Shown: positions 1-11,431 of the stretch, piece after piece
Layout: every line of letters starts with the position of its first letter
Position numbering within the stretch: position 1 is the first letter of the stretch
NCBI GenBank assembly: GCA_964016885.1
Contig: OZ024743.1
Location: 245,706,001-245,770,000 of the forward strand
Source: Eledone cirrhosa
Lineage: Eukaryota
Reading direction: 5' to 3'
Length of the DNA: 64,000 nt
Notes under the pieces: generated by a model
Told to the model about the DNA's origin: nothing
Database searches by the model: none
Seen by the model: the letters and a program-made list of their open reading frames with translations, nothing else
Program-made: the position numbers and the translations under genes

Positions 1-1
1 T

Positions 2-139
2 TCAAATAAAGCAGAAGCTTCATTAAATGATAAGACAAACAACAATGTTGATAAAGTAGACAGAAAAAATGTGTCCATTTTCGATCAGCTGGAAGAAATG
101 CTTCTTTTTACAATAAAGAGTGCATGGCAAGGGCTGTAA
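2..139 (+). CDS. Possible 3' end of a coding exon running in from the left edge (SNKAEASLNDK...SIFDQLEEMLLFTIKSAWQGL*)
   Basis: Frame is open from base 2 to TAA at 137-139 in non-repetitive sequence with protein-like composition. No recognisable domain; could be chance. Confidence 0.25.
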   Translation, partial: SNKAEASLNDKTNNNVDKVDRKNVSIFDQLEEMLLFTIKSAWQGL

Positions 140-734
140 CTCGTGTCGGCAGCTTTAAACTAAATGACAGCCAAGTAGAAGTAGTTCTTTGACGGTCTGA
201 GTTTACAACCTTATTTTCGATTCCAAATTGTAAACTTGACTTACATTTACTTGGGTTATTTGAGAGCGACATCAACACTATAATATCCCATTTTCTCCAT
301 CTATAGACATCTTATCCCTAATCTAATCATTTTAGATTTCCTATCCACAGTTAATCTTTTATTAGGCATTATCATCATCACCATAATTTAACGTCCGTTT
401 TCCCGGCTAGAAAGCGATGACAGGCCTTAATTGGACCTATTGATCTCTCAGATCAAGCAGGACCGTTTACATACGTTCTTGCGCTTTGCTGAGTATGACA
501 TGTAATCATGGCACCAGCATTAGGGGGGTCGTCATGACTAGAAATAGCAGCTGAATTTTCCTTAACTTAAACTCTACTATCTTAACAGACAAAAAAACAT
601 AGAATCCTAGATAAATTACATTTGAAAAATGAAAACGATTAGATAGTCATGGCTCATTTGTCTTTTGATCATATGTCTGGTAGATCATAACTAACCTGGG
701 GTTAAACAACTACAATAACTTCAATATTAATAAC

Positions 735-1703
735 TCATATATTAATGACATAGATGCCAACTTAACGAATGCCACAGTACTAAAGTACGCAGACGACATC
801 AAGCTGTACCTTGAGATAAAAAGGACAGATCCTGAACACTATAGATCTTGCTTGCAGTCTGACCTGGACACAATGCAACAGTGGATCTCAGACTGGCAAC
901 TCAAGCTAGCTGTGGACAAGTGCACCACCATGCATTTTGGGAGTAAAAACCCAGCGTCCACATACTCCCTCCACAGCACTAATATCAAGAAGTCTTCCTG
1001 TGAACGTGACCTGGGCATTACGGTCAGCAGCGATTTGCGTTGGACGAGGCACGTCTCTAAAATTGTCAAGAGGGCCGAGGGTGTCTTAGCATCACTCAGC
1101 AAGACCTTTGTCAGCCGCTCTCCAGATATCTATTTAAGGCTGTATACAGCTATGGTGCGACCACACTTAGAATTTGCATCACCAGTCTGGAACCCCTATC
1201 TTGCTCAGGACATTGACCGCCTGGAAACTGTTCAGAGACGTGCAACCAAGCGAATACCCTCCATCAGGCATCTACCATACTCTGAGCGCCTTGCTTCCCT
1301 GGGCATGGATTCATTGAAGCTCCGACGCCTGGCAACTGACTTGGTAAACACCCACAAAATTGTTAACCATGTTGCCAACAACAACCCTGAGTGCCTTTTC
1401 GATTTCCATGTGTCTAACACACGTGGACATGCCCACAAAGTAAGAAAACAGCACAGTTCCCATGACTTTCGGAAACATTTTTTCACGCTCAGAGTTGCTG
1501 AAGCATGGAACAAACTACCTGCATCAGTTGTTAGCTGTCGAGACACTGCATCCTTTAAGGCCTCCATGCTTCCCGAGATCCGCCAACACTACAGCTAACA
1601 CATACAAACATGTACTTCCCTGACATTTGTGTATTATTCTATGTACTATATTGACGAGTTGTAGTGCACCTGAGCACTTTACACAATAATTTCATTATTA
1701 TTA
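735..1703 (+). mobile_element. 5'-truncated CR1/Jockey-group LINE (RT C-terminal half plus 3' UTR)
   Basis: Frame is open from ~741 (INDIDANLTNATVLKYADDIKLY, with the RT YADD motif) through ORF 852-1598 (ERDLGITV, LYTAMVRPHLEFASPVWNP, FFTLRVAEAWNKLP). Ends in ...TTTCATTATTATTAT tail. Confidence 0.93.
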
Positions 1704-1859
1704 TATTTCAAATGTAGTGACTGAGAGAAATTACTTAGGGAGGCCGTCTGCATGAAAAACATAGTAGAGTGAGTACTAACATACAGAGAGCACAAATTAT
1801 TTCAATCAATTAAAATTTGAGAAAAATGTAAAATGATGATGATGCTGTAATTCTTCTGG

Positions 1860-2045
1860 CACCTTGCTTTCTAAGTTCAAATACCACCAAGGCCAGCTTG
1901 GTCTTTCATCTTTGCGGAGCCAAGAAATAAAGTGCCAGTCTAAGGTGAAAGGATAAATGAATTTCTTATAACACTGGACAGGATGCCTTGCAGTATTTTT
2001 TAAGGCTCTTTGTGCTCTGAGTTCAAATTCCACCATGGCCGGCTT
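1860..2045. mobile_element. Decayed tRNA-derived SINE fragments
   Basis: B-box-like AGTTCAAAT and CTTTCATC...AAATAAAGT.CCAG motifs shared with the intact SINE copies elsewhere in the window. Confidence 0.5.
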
Positions 2046-2271
2046 GGGTGACATACTTAATCAATTACCCAGTTTAATACTCCCACAACTATGGCCAACG
2101 GATGCCTTTAGTGGAGTCACTTTGTTGTAGACATTTAGGTTAGAACTCTGGTTTGAAAATACCTTCTAATCCCCGGTCCTTACCAGTTCCAGAGGCCTTG
2201 AAAAGAGTCAGGGTTACTGTTCCCCCTTCTTAACTAAGTCATAAAGAATATTGTAGGCTAACAAATTATAA

Positions 2272-2308
2272 ATAATTGTTTCCACTTTTGACACAAAGCC
2301 AGCAATTA
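2272..2308 (-). mobile_element. 3' half of a tRNA-derived SINE split by the LINE insertion
   Basis: Reverse complement reads TAATTGCTGGCTTTGTGTCAAAAGTGGAAACAATTATT, which directly follows ...CACTGG(G) in intact copies (e.g. 57955-58000). Confidence 0.8.
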
Positions 2309-4747
2309 TAATAATAATGAAATTATTGTGTACAGTGCTCAGATGCACTATAGCTAGTCAAAGGTGCATGTATAGTACATAGAATAATATACAAATGTCA
2401 GGGAAGTGAATAATGTATGAGTCATGATATACGTGTGGAGGGGGAATATTAGGTGTAGTGTTGGCGAATCTCAGGAAGCATGGAGGTTTTAAAGGATGCA
2501 GTTACTCGACAGCTAATAACTGATGCAAGTAGTTTGTTCCATGCTTCAGCAACTCTGAGCGTGAAAAAGTGTTTCCGAATGTCATGGGAGCTGTGCCGTT
2601 TTCTGACTTTGCGGGCATGCCCATGCGTGTTAGACACATGGAAATCAAAAAGGTACTCAGGGTTGTTGTTGGCAAGATGGTTAATAATTTTGTGGGTGTT
2701 TACCAAGTCAGTTGCCAAGTCACGTCTCTGAACAGTTTCCAGGCGGTCAATATTCTGAGCAAGATAGGGGTTCCAGACTGGTGATGCAAATTCTAAGTGT
2801 GGCTGCACCATAGCTATATACAGCTTTAAATAGATAGCTGGAGAGTGGCTGACAAAGGTCTTGCTGAGTGATGCTTAGAGACCCTCGGCCTTCGTCCAAT
2901 GCAAATCGCTGCTGACCGTAATGCCCAGGTCACATTCACAAGAAGACTTCTTGATATTAGTATTGTGGAGGGAGTATGTGGGCGCTGGGTTTTTACTCCC
3001 AAAATGCAAGGTACACTTGTCCACAGCTAGCTTGAGTTGCCAGTCTGTGATCCATTGTTGATCAATATATGCCACAAACAAAAGGGGGTCAAGAACAGAT
3101 CCCTGTGGTACACCAGATGACATCCCATACAGTGAGGAATGTTGTCCTAGAACCGTGATTACCTCTCTTCGACTGAGAATGAAGGACTTCAACCAATTAA
3201 AAAGATCATCCTTCACACCCATTGCAGAGAATTTTGCCATAAGTCTTTTGTGTGGCACAGGATTGAAAGCTTTAGCAAAGCCAAGGTAAACAACATCCAC
3301 CCATGAGCCACCATCAGTGATCCGGGTGATGTCTTCAAGAAACTCGATAAGTTGATCACAGCAGCTGGAGTTAGGGATAAATCCAATTGTGAGGGCTGGA
3401 TAAGACTGTGAGAGTTTAAGAAGTTCCAAAGCATTTCTCTGACACAGGATTCCATCAGTTTGGCAATGCAGCTAGTAAGACTAACTGGACAATAGTTCAC
3501 AGGTGATGTGCGGTCACCCTTTTTTGAACAGAGGTATGTCACTGGTAGTTTTCCACTGTTCTGGAGTAGCACCATTGTTCAGACAGAATTGGAAGAAGCG
3601 TGATGGCTGGTGCAGAAGGAAGTACCCACCATGTTTGAGAAGCAGGTACGTAACACCATCAAAACCAGGAGAAGCATGGTTGCGTTTATTTTTAAGGTGA
3701 CGTCGCAGCATTGCAGGTGTAAATTCCATAGTTGTAATAGAATCCGATGTCAGAGGTGGTGGAGACGGTACACTCTGGTCTTCAATAGTGAAAATTCCTG
3801 CATAGTATTTAGCAATGAGCTCTGTGCATTCCTTGGGGTCGTCAGTAACCTGGCTTGTGTGGGGATTGCAAAGAGGACCAACTGGAGAGTGAGGTCTCTG
3901 CTTTGAGTGAACATACTTCCAGAACACCTTACTGTCACGGCTGGTTGCTATGCACTGCTCAAATTCAAGCATTGCCTTTTTTGTCACGTGTTTGATGGTT
4001 GGATGATTTATTTCGCTTCTTCTTATTGATATCTGATTTATGCAGTTTGTACTCACGCTCAGCATTACAACATTCTTTTCTGGCAAGACAGACTGCTGCA
4101 GTCTCCTAAATTACACTTTTGAGATGTTTTTTCTGCTTACATGGCACCGATGCTGCAAATGCTATCCATATTGAGTTCAGAATGTTCTGGAGTACAGTGT
4201 TGACATCTCCAGAGTTGTAGAACTCAAGCCAATTTGGACGTTGCAACTCGGTGCAGTAACAGTTCTAGTCTACTTTATTCCAGTCAAAGTGAGCAGTTTG
4301 GAGATGGTTGTGGTTTTAGTTACTGCCCATGAGGGATAGATTGGCAATGATCATAGCATGATCAGAGTCACCTAAAGGTTCCTCAGTAGTAACACTAATA
4401 ACCGTTTCAGGAGTAATGGTGAAGAGTAGGTCCAAAGTGTTGTCACCTCTTGTTGGGGAGGTGACTACTTGGGACCAGTTCGAGTCCAGCACTAGCTCAA
4501 GGAAGTCATTTGCACTTGGCGGCCAACGAAAGGTTTCCCATCAATCTCAGGGTGATTGAAGTCCCCTGCAATAAAAACATAAGTGGCTGTTTTCCTGGCA
4601 GCAACTCTGAGGATGTCACAAAGTTGAGTGTCCTGATGGTAATTTTGGGGATGGTAAACGACTCCAAGTAGCAGTGTTGACATGGTCATACGTATATCAC
4701 AGAAAAATACTTCCTGCTGTGATTGGTTTATAGCGAGAATACTGGGT

Positions 4748-5098
4748 TGTATGAATGTAACAAGGAATACATTGTTTGTGTGTATAATATTTAATTAACA
4801 ATGGTAGATAGTATTTTTGACATGTCAAAGGAATAGATGTTAGAATGAAGCAAAGTTAGTAGTTACCGTTTTGATTGCCAGGCAAACGCGGCTGGCAGAG
4901 GACGCCTGGCTAAGGCCAGGCGCCTGTTGGCCAAATGAATGGCAGAGCCAAATGTGAGGCTCTTGACCTGGTGCCGAAAAGGCAATGAGAGAAAGAGAGC
5001 TTAAAGTTGTTAGTTTTATAGGGCTCTGACCGGAAGTTACAGAAAGGGCCCCACTTCCCGTCCAGACGTTAATCCAAACAAGGGAGACAACCGCTACA
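4748..5098 (-). mobile_element. Probable solo LTR inserted in the LINE endonuclease region
   Basis: 351-bp insert with TGTA...TACA termini and imperfect 4-bp flanks (GGGT/GGTT). TATA-like CTATAAAA and ATTAAA in order on the minus strand. LINE sequence resumes on both sides. Confidence 0.65.
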
Positions 5099-6111
5099 GG
5101 TTCAAATCAACATAAAGAATTGCCGAAAAATTTGACCGAATGTAGACCATTACACCACCACCACCACGATTAATGCGGTCTTTACGAAACAAGTTGAAGC
5201 CAGTTATGCTGAAAACTCCATAACAGAGTAAGGAATGTGTCCATGTTTCCGTGACTGTAATGAAGTCAGGGCTGATACTTTTGATGTAGGAGTCAAAAAG
5301 ATGAATCTTATTGCATAGACTACGTACATTCAAGGACAACAATTTGTACCTTGTTTCCAGTCTATGATTATGTGCAGGGAATGGCAGGTTGTTCTGATTT
5401 AGTTTCCCAGAGATTTTGAGTTTTTTTTATTGTCAGTTGTTGTGGTACAGTGTTTTCAGACCAGCTGGTATCTCTTTTCAATGTTTCACCAGCCTTAATA
5501 AACTTCCATGTCTGCCCATCATCACATAGGCTGAAGCTTTCATGTTCTGCCGAGCTGCGGTTTAAGGAAGCTGCAGCACGCAACTTTGGGCGGACATCAG
5601 GTGGAAGACCAGGGCGTGTTCGGAAGGCAATTCGACTTTCATGCCTAGCTTTATCAGAGGCCAAAAGATATGAACGTGCCTCAGTTGAGTTCGAAAAAGA
5701 CAGTCTAATTAGCCTGGGTTTTGGACCTGGTCGGCGAGGGCGTAGAGCACCCTTCGGGGAGCACAGCCCAAGTCTTTGGATGAACTGGCAGAAAATGCCT
5801 GAAGATCAACTATGTCTTCTGGTACACCAATGGCAATCACTTTGTGGTTTACAGATTCAGTGGCATTCTCAATGCGTCTAGATTCGGCAAGAGGTATGTG
5901 GAGATTTTTTAACAAGGCACTCCGGTAAGATCCCTCATTGTGAGGTTCTACACGAACGCTTGATTTTATTCCCGGTATTTCTCGTCTTAAAGCGGAAACC
6001 ATTTGCCGTATTTCCTCAAACTCCGTATTGACGGTCGATTTTTGTTATTGTTCTTCTTCTACAACAGGTAGGGGAAGACATAGTCGTCGGTTTTTGTTGT
6101 TGAAAAGTAAA

Positions 6112-6133
6112 GGGGGGGGGGGGGGGGGGGGGG
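6112..6133 (+). repeat. Poly-G tract (~22 nt) inside the repetitive 5' region of the LINE
   Basis: Seen directly. Confidence 0.9.
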
Positions 6134-6451
6134 CGAAGACATAGGTTGCTATTGTTGATGAAGTCCTTCAACAGGGGTTTTTTGGTTTTGGGTTTTTGCT
6201 GTTATTCAGGAACAATGGTAGAGGAAGACACGATCTTCGGTTTTTGTTGTTGTTCAGCAGCAATGGTAGAGGCAGACATACAGGCCAGGCACTGAAAGGA
6301 CAAATTTGTTAGCTGAACCATTTCCCAGAGCCCATCCATCATACAAGTATGGTGTCTCTTTTTCTGACCCGGGATCTTTCGAAAGTTTGTGGCACACAAA
6401 CAGAAACACGCCATTTCCCACATTCGACCCATCGATTTCGGAAGGAGTTCT

Positions 6452-6600
6452 CCAGTGCATTACTGGTACTTTATTTTATCGACCCTGTAAGGATGAAAGG
6501 TAAAGTTAACCTCAGCGGGATTTGAACTCAGATCGTAAAGGGCCGTAACTCTATGCTGCAAAGCATGGCGTCTATAACAGTGGCTCAATTGGGTATTATT
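6452..6600 (-). mobile_element. 5' half of tRNA-derived SINE (head plus conserved central domain)
   Basis: Minus strand carries B-box GAGTTCAAATCCC followed by CCTTTCATCCTTACAGGGTCGATAAAATAAAGTACCAG. Confidence 0.85.
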
Positions 6601-7994
6601 GAAAAATACCATAATTATCTCCCTTCTGTCTGATGTATCATTGATTTTGATGGGGTTTTGTTTAAATAAATATGGTAACATTGAGATTCTATTCCTATTT
6701 CTGTGAGTTTTCTTTACTCCTGTGCAACCCTACCCAAAGCTGGTGGTAGGCCCAGACCAAAAGTAAAATTTAGGCCATCAAAATTGCTAATAAGCCCAGG
6801 TCAGATGTGAAATGTAGATCCACAATGCTGAAAAATGAAGCCTTCATTTAAACTGCTCATTAAGTATTTTAGTAATTAGTGCTAAATACATATAATTTAT
6901 GTATAAGCCACTCATATACATATGTGTACATGTAGTGTACATGCATGGACTGCATAGGGAACCAGAATGAACACTGCAAAATATTCTCTCCAACACTCCA
7001 ATAACTGACAATTCACTGACATTTAGAAAATGATTTAAAAAAAATTATATTTGTTTAGCTGCAGATTATACCTGATCAAGTTGTGCTATGATCTAAGACA
7101 TTCTGTCTTTTTGGGGATACATAGGATAACTTTGTCCTTTGTGTCATTTTCTTTTTAAGATGATAGATTGGAATTCCAGAGAGATTAACCTGTTTTTTAA
7201 AGGTTAAGTAACCACATTAATGCTCCCTCATTAGCTCATAATGACGCTATTAGTCCAAGCCTTTCAGCGCTAAGGGGCTTACCTCCCTTCCTATAATTTG
7301 TTTCAATATACTTGTGCTTTGGATTTTACTATGCTGATTTTCTCATGACTCTAAATATGTTAGTATGATCATGTTTTTAATTTCTTTCATAGTCTCACAA
7401 AGTTTTCCAGTATAATTTTATGTAAGAAGCTTTGTTAAGTTGTTTCAAATATCAGTTAATAATAAAAAAAAGTTAGTTCTTTTAATAAAATTCTTTCAAA
7501 TTCTTGATTATTTAAAAAAAATTAATTGTAACGTATGTGGCTGTGTATTTCCTTAGAAATATGGGAACAAATAGGTTAAACTCGATGACAGTTTAAGTCT
7601 ACCATCCAGATACAGAAACAATCCCTTTGAGGGGCTTCCACAAAGTTTTCATTTACCAAATTTTACTCACAAAGCTTTGTTCAACCAGAGGCTAAGGTAG
7701 AAGGCATTTGTATCAAGTACTACACAGTCAGATAAAAGCTGGAACCACATAATTGTAAAGCAAACTTCTTTACCATAAAAGGGATCTTGGAACTGTTTTT
7801 AGGTGAAGAGGAGGGGCTAATAAAACGAAGAATGAAGAATTGACTTCAAAGAAAAGTTTACGGGCTAAGAGCATGTCATTGTAGGAGATGACAGTATATA
7901 AGGATTTACATCCATGGTAAATAGGAGCTTTTTGTTTTGCTAAGAAGGAAACGAAAACAAGAAGTTTGGAGGCACCAACACCATCACTGATACG

Positions 7995-8490
7995 CTCTAT
8001 CACCACCACCATCACCAACACTCATACTACCATCTACTACTACCACCCCTCTATCACTCACATCACATCCACCACCACCACTGCCACTACTACCAACACC
8101 TCTATCATTCACATCATATCCACCACCTCCACTACTACAAATACCTCCATCACTACCACTACTTATATCATTCACATCACATCCACCACTACCTCCATCT
8201 CCACTACCTCCACCACTTCTATAACTTCCATTACATCCATCACTACTGCCATCTCCATCTCTACCACCGACATCAATACCAATGGCCCCATCAATACCAC
8301 TCCACCATCAATACTACTAATACGACCACCAACCAGTATCACCACCATCACCACTGCCATCACCTCGACCACCACTAACACCAATACCCCACCACCATTA
8401 CCACTATCACTACCACTAACACTAATACCCCCTCAACACTGATACCACCTCCACCCAATCCCCACCTGCACCACTGCCATCATCATCATC
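7995..8490 (+). repeat. Degenerate (ACC/ACT/ATC)n trinucleotide low-complexity tract
   Basis: Seen directly; explains the Thr-rich ORF 7966-8442. Confidence 0.85.
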
Positions 8491-8759
8491 ATACATCTAC
8501 TTTCCATACTGTCTGGGGAACCATCTGAGCATTTGATAGGGCTTGTTTCATGTGAGCGCCTGCTGCTCACTGCTCATGTGCATCTATTGCATACACAACC
8601 AGCATTCTTTCTTAGCCAGCCTCAGATCTCACTACATCTCTTATATATCCATAGCTTACATTTTGTGCATAAGATGGAATTTCTACCTAAAACTTTCCCG
8701 CATACCGAGCACAGCTATTTGCCTTAAAGAATAAAGACCCTGTTTTCTCTTTTACTTAA

Positions 8760-9350
8760 CCAAGTTGACTCTAAGATCTTTTGATTCTGTATTTGGTTTC
8801 CATATCTGGAACTTCTTTTCTACTTCTGCCATGATCTCAGCTATGAGAACTAGATATCAGTATTTAGGAGATCCTATGTGCAGCCAGTATTCAACTCCTC
8901 TGTTATAGCCTGGAGGTCAAGGATAAATAAGACTCTCATCTCCCTCATAGAATATTCAATGACCAGCTACACTGTGGTCATCATAAGACTGGAGGACCAA
9001 AGAAGCCATTTAAAAGACTAGCTGAAGACCATTTTCAAGCGGAATAACATTAACCTTTCAAGGGGGAAAGGCATTCTTAATGTTAGAAAGGGTTTGAAGA
9101 CACGAAGGAGAAATGCACGCAACACTACCAAGAGAAACAAGAAAGGAGGCATGTACACAGATTAATATCCAACCAAATATTCACATATCCTATCTGTGGT
9201 TGAAGCTGTACATCTAGTAGTGGGATGTCCAGTCATCAAAGGATCTACAATAGAAAGAGATAGTGTTCATCATCAAACTTCAATGGACAATCACAAGCAA
9301 TATATCATCATCATCATCATCTTTGTTTAATGTCCATCTTCCACGCTAGC
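8760..9350 (+). mobile_element. Highly decayed RTE-type LINE 3' region (tentative)
   Basis: Remnant zinc-finger-like YPICG*SCTSSSGMSSH near 9185-9237 and (CAT)n tail-like sequence. Confidence 0.35.
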
Positions 9351-9514
9351 ATATATATATATATATCTATATGTTTGTTGTTTACCGACACCTCAGTATG
9401 CAGATTGGAGCACTCGACGAAGTACGCAGGCTGGTTTGTTTACTCCGGAGTAATGTAAAATAAAATAAGTCAAATATGTAAAATTTGGCTTTGTTTATTA
9501 TAAATTATAAATTT

Positions 9515-9569
9515 ACTGCTATATATATTTCGGTGACAGCTATTATTGGCTATGACCTCTTCAGGCAGT
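9515..9569 (-). ncRNA. Minimal type-I hammerhead ribozyme
   Basis: Minus strand: ACUGC-CUGAAGA-GGU C AUAGC (loop) GCUGU C ACC-GAAA-UAUAUAU A-GCAGU. Intact core, 5-bp stem I, extended stem II, palindromic stem III. Confidence 0.8.
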
Positions 9570-9697
9570 CCGAATTGGTGTGGAAAAGACAGGTACAGAT
9601 GTTGTTGAAGTGTGTTTCACTCTGTCAATACATCGATATGTCCAGCTCCTGGGTGTGTTGTTAGTCCTCCGAGGAAATGGAATCATCACCAATTCGG

Positions 9698-9752
9698 GCT
9701 GCCTGAAGAGGTCACAGCCAATAATCGTTGTCACTGAAATATATATAGCAGT
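9698..9752 (+). ncRNA. Minimal type-I hammerhead ribozyme
   Basis: GCUGC-CUGAAGA-GGU C ACAGC (loop) GUUGU C ACU-GAAA-UAUAUAU A-GCAGU. All stems pair, including G-U pairs. Confidence 0.78.
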
Positions 9753-9762
9753 AAATTTATAA

Positions 9763-11078
9763 TCTATATATATAAAACTGAGGATGTCTGTCTGTCTGTG
9801 TGTGTGAGTTTGAATCCCTAAAACTCGAGAAGCACCCAACCGACTGTTTTCAAACTTTACAAATGAAATACTTGTTTCAGGGAGTGTTCTGAGCAAAAAG
9901 AAATTTCAAATTTTCAATGCCCTAGGGACTGCATTAGGCGATTTAGCGATCTCTCTCTATAATTCTTAGTCTTTCTCTTTTTAGATAGATACATACATAT
10001 AACATCGTGTCCTTATAATATGTCTGTATGTCTGGCTGTCTGCATTACGTCACTTCCCACAATTCCGTCTGCGTCCAGGACGCGCCCTTATAATATCTGT
10101 CTGTATGTCTGGCTGTCTGCTACATCCGGTTATTCTACCATCCTTGCTCAAGACAAATCTCACACTCATTCTCCAAACAGTTGGTAAGTGCACACAACTT
10201 CTTCCTCATGTTTTAAGCAACAGTGTTGCTTACTTATGTACCACCAGACCCTTACTTCTTTGCCAACCGTGGTTGTGGCAATACTAAGCTTAGCTAAGGC
10301 GGTTATATATTTCACACAACACTAAAAATGAAAGCCGGTAACTATGTATTAGTCAGTCTCTTCTTCATACTGTGAGCAAAGAAAATACAACTTTTAGTGG
10401 AACGAGTGAAATAAAGTCGATCCTGCTGCGATTCAAAAATCAGGTTTGCAGGTTATATATTTCACACACTAAAAATTAAAGCCGGTAAAGAAAAACATCG
10501 CTATAATAGCTTCAGTTTTCACAGTGTTGCATACTTACGTGCCTTTACGAGAACAAAAGTTACTCAGGGAGTGTTATGCACATAAAAAATTCAACTTTCT
10601 GATCCCGCATTAGGTGAAAAACTGCATTTTTTCAGCTTTTTAGGGGTATTTTGAGGCGTTATGTCAGACCGATTTCCCTGAAATTGTAACTATGTATTAA
10701 TCAATCTCTTCTTCATAACGTGAGCAAAGAAAATCCAACTTTTTTATGGCCTAGGGCCCACATTAGGTGAAAAACTTATTTTTTCAGCTTTATAGGTTTT
10801 TTTTTAGGCGTTACGTCTAGCCGATTTTCCAGAAATTTCAAGGCATATTATGCACATAAAAAAAATTCATTTTCTTGATCCCCTAGGGCCTGTATTAGGT
10901 GAAAACCTGCATTTTTCCTGCCTCATCGAGGAAAATCTTAAAGATTATCCAGCCATCAGAGTATTCGGCTTATTTTCTTTACATATTGTCGAGGCATGCA
11001 GTTTTTCCACGATTAGGTCTGTTGGTGGCCCGCATTCCAAAATACCTTATCTCGTGCAACGCCGGGTACCACTGCTAG
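9763..11078 (+). mobile_element. Non-autonomous Helitron
   Basis: 5' TCTATATATATAAAA, 3' imperfect hairpin (CTCGTGCAACGCCGGG) then CTAG. Inserted between A and T with no TSD; contains internal direct repeats. Confidence 0.9.
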
Positions 11079-11149
11079 TTTATAATAAATGAAGTTAAAT
11101 TTTATATATTTGACTTACTTATTTTATGTTATATATATATATATAGTCG

Positions 11150-11400
11150 CCGCCACCGATTAACGTCCACCTTCCACGCTAGCATGGGTTAGACGGTTTT
11201 GTTCCATTTGATGCTGGATTGGTCGGTAGGCCGTGTCCCGCTCATACGGAAGTGTCTCTGGCAAGTTATCTACGGCTGGATGTCATTCCAAACACCAACC
11301 AACTTTACAGTGTGGATTGGGGGCCTTTTTACCGTGTCTCCTACTTAACCACATTACAGTGTGGACTGGGTGCTTTTTGTTGTGTCAACAACACAGTGGA
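11150..11400 (-). mobile_element. SINE with RTE-like 3' tail (partial)
   Basis: TTAACGTCCACCTTCCACGCTAGCATGGGTTAGACGG and GCTGGATG..ATTCC.AACACCAACC are reverse complements of segments in the SINE at 40921-41323. Confidence 0.7.
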
Positions 11401-11431
11401 CGGATATGGGAAGATGGGGTAGGGAGTGTGG

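Larger units (their letters stand above)
2309..6451 (-). mobile_element. Near-full-length decayed CR1/Jockey-group LINE (5' UTR, ORF1 remnant, APE endonuclease, RT, 3' UTR); same family as 735-1703
   Basis: APE motifs LSLNVRSL...DFITVTETW (5094-5342) and GDFNHPEID (~4550). RT motifs SPGFDG, PVSLTSCIAKLME, DVVYLGFAKAF, GVPQGSVLDPLLF. 3' UTR matches the other copies. Many frameshifts and stops; ORF1 remnants at 5368-6050. Confidence 0.92.
9451..11131. mobile_element. Fold-back element A (Penelope pLTR-like): ~130-bp inverted arms 9451-9580 and 9687-9762 + 11079-11131; right arm interrupted by a Helitron
   Basis: Arms are reverse complements with scattered transitions. Removing 9763-11078 restores the arm junction exactly. 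Confidence 0.8.

Noticed and set aside
7966-8442. Mucin-like Thr-rich ORF
   Set aside because: Product of an ACC/ACT low-complexity tract; no convincing splice or gene context.
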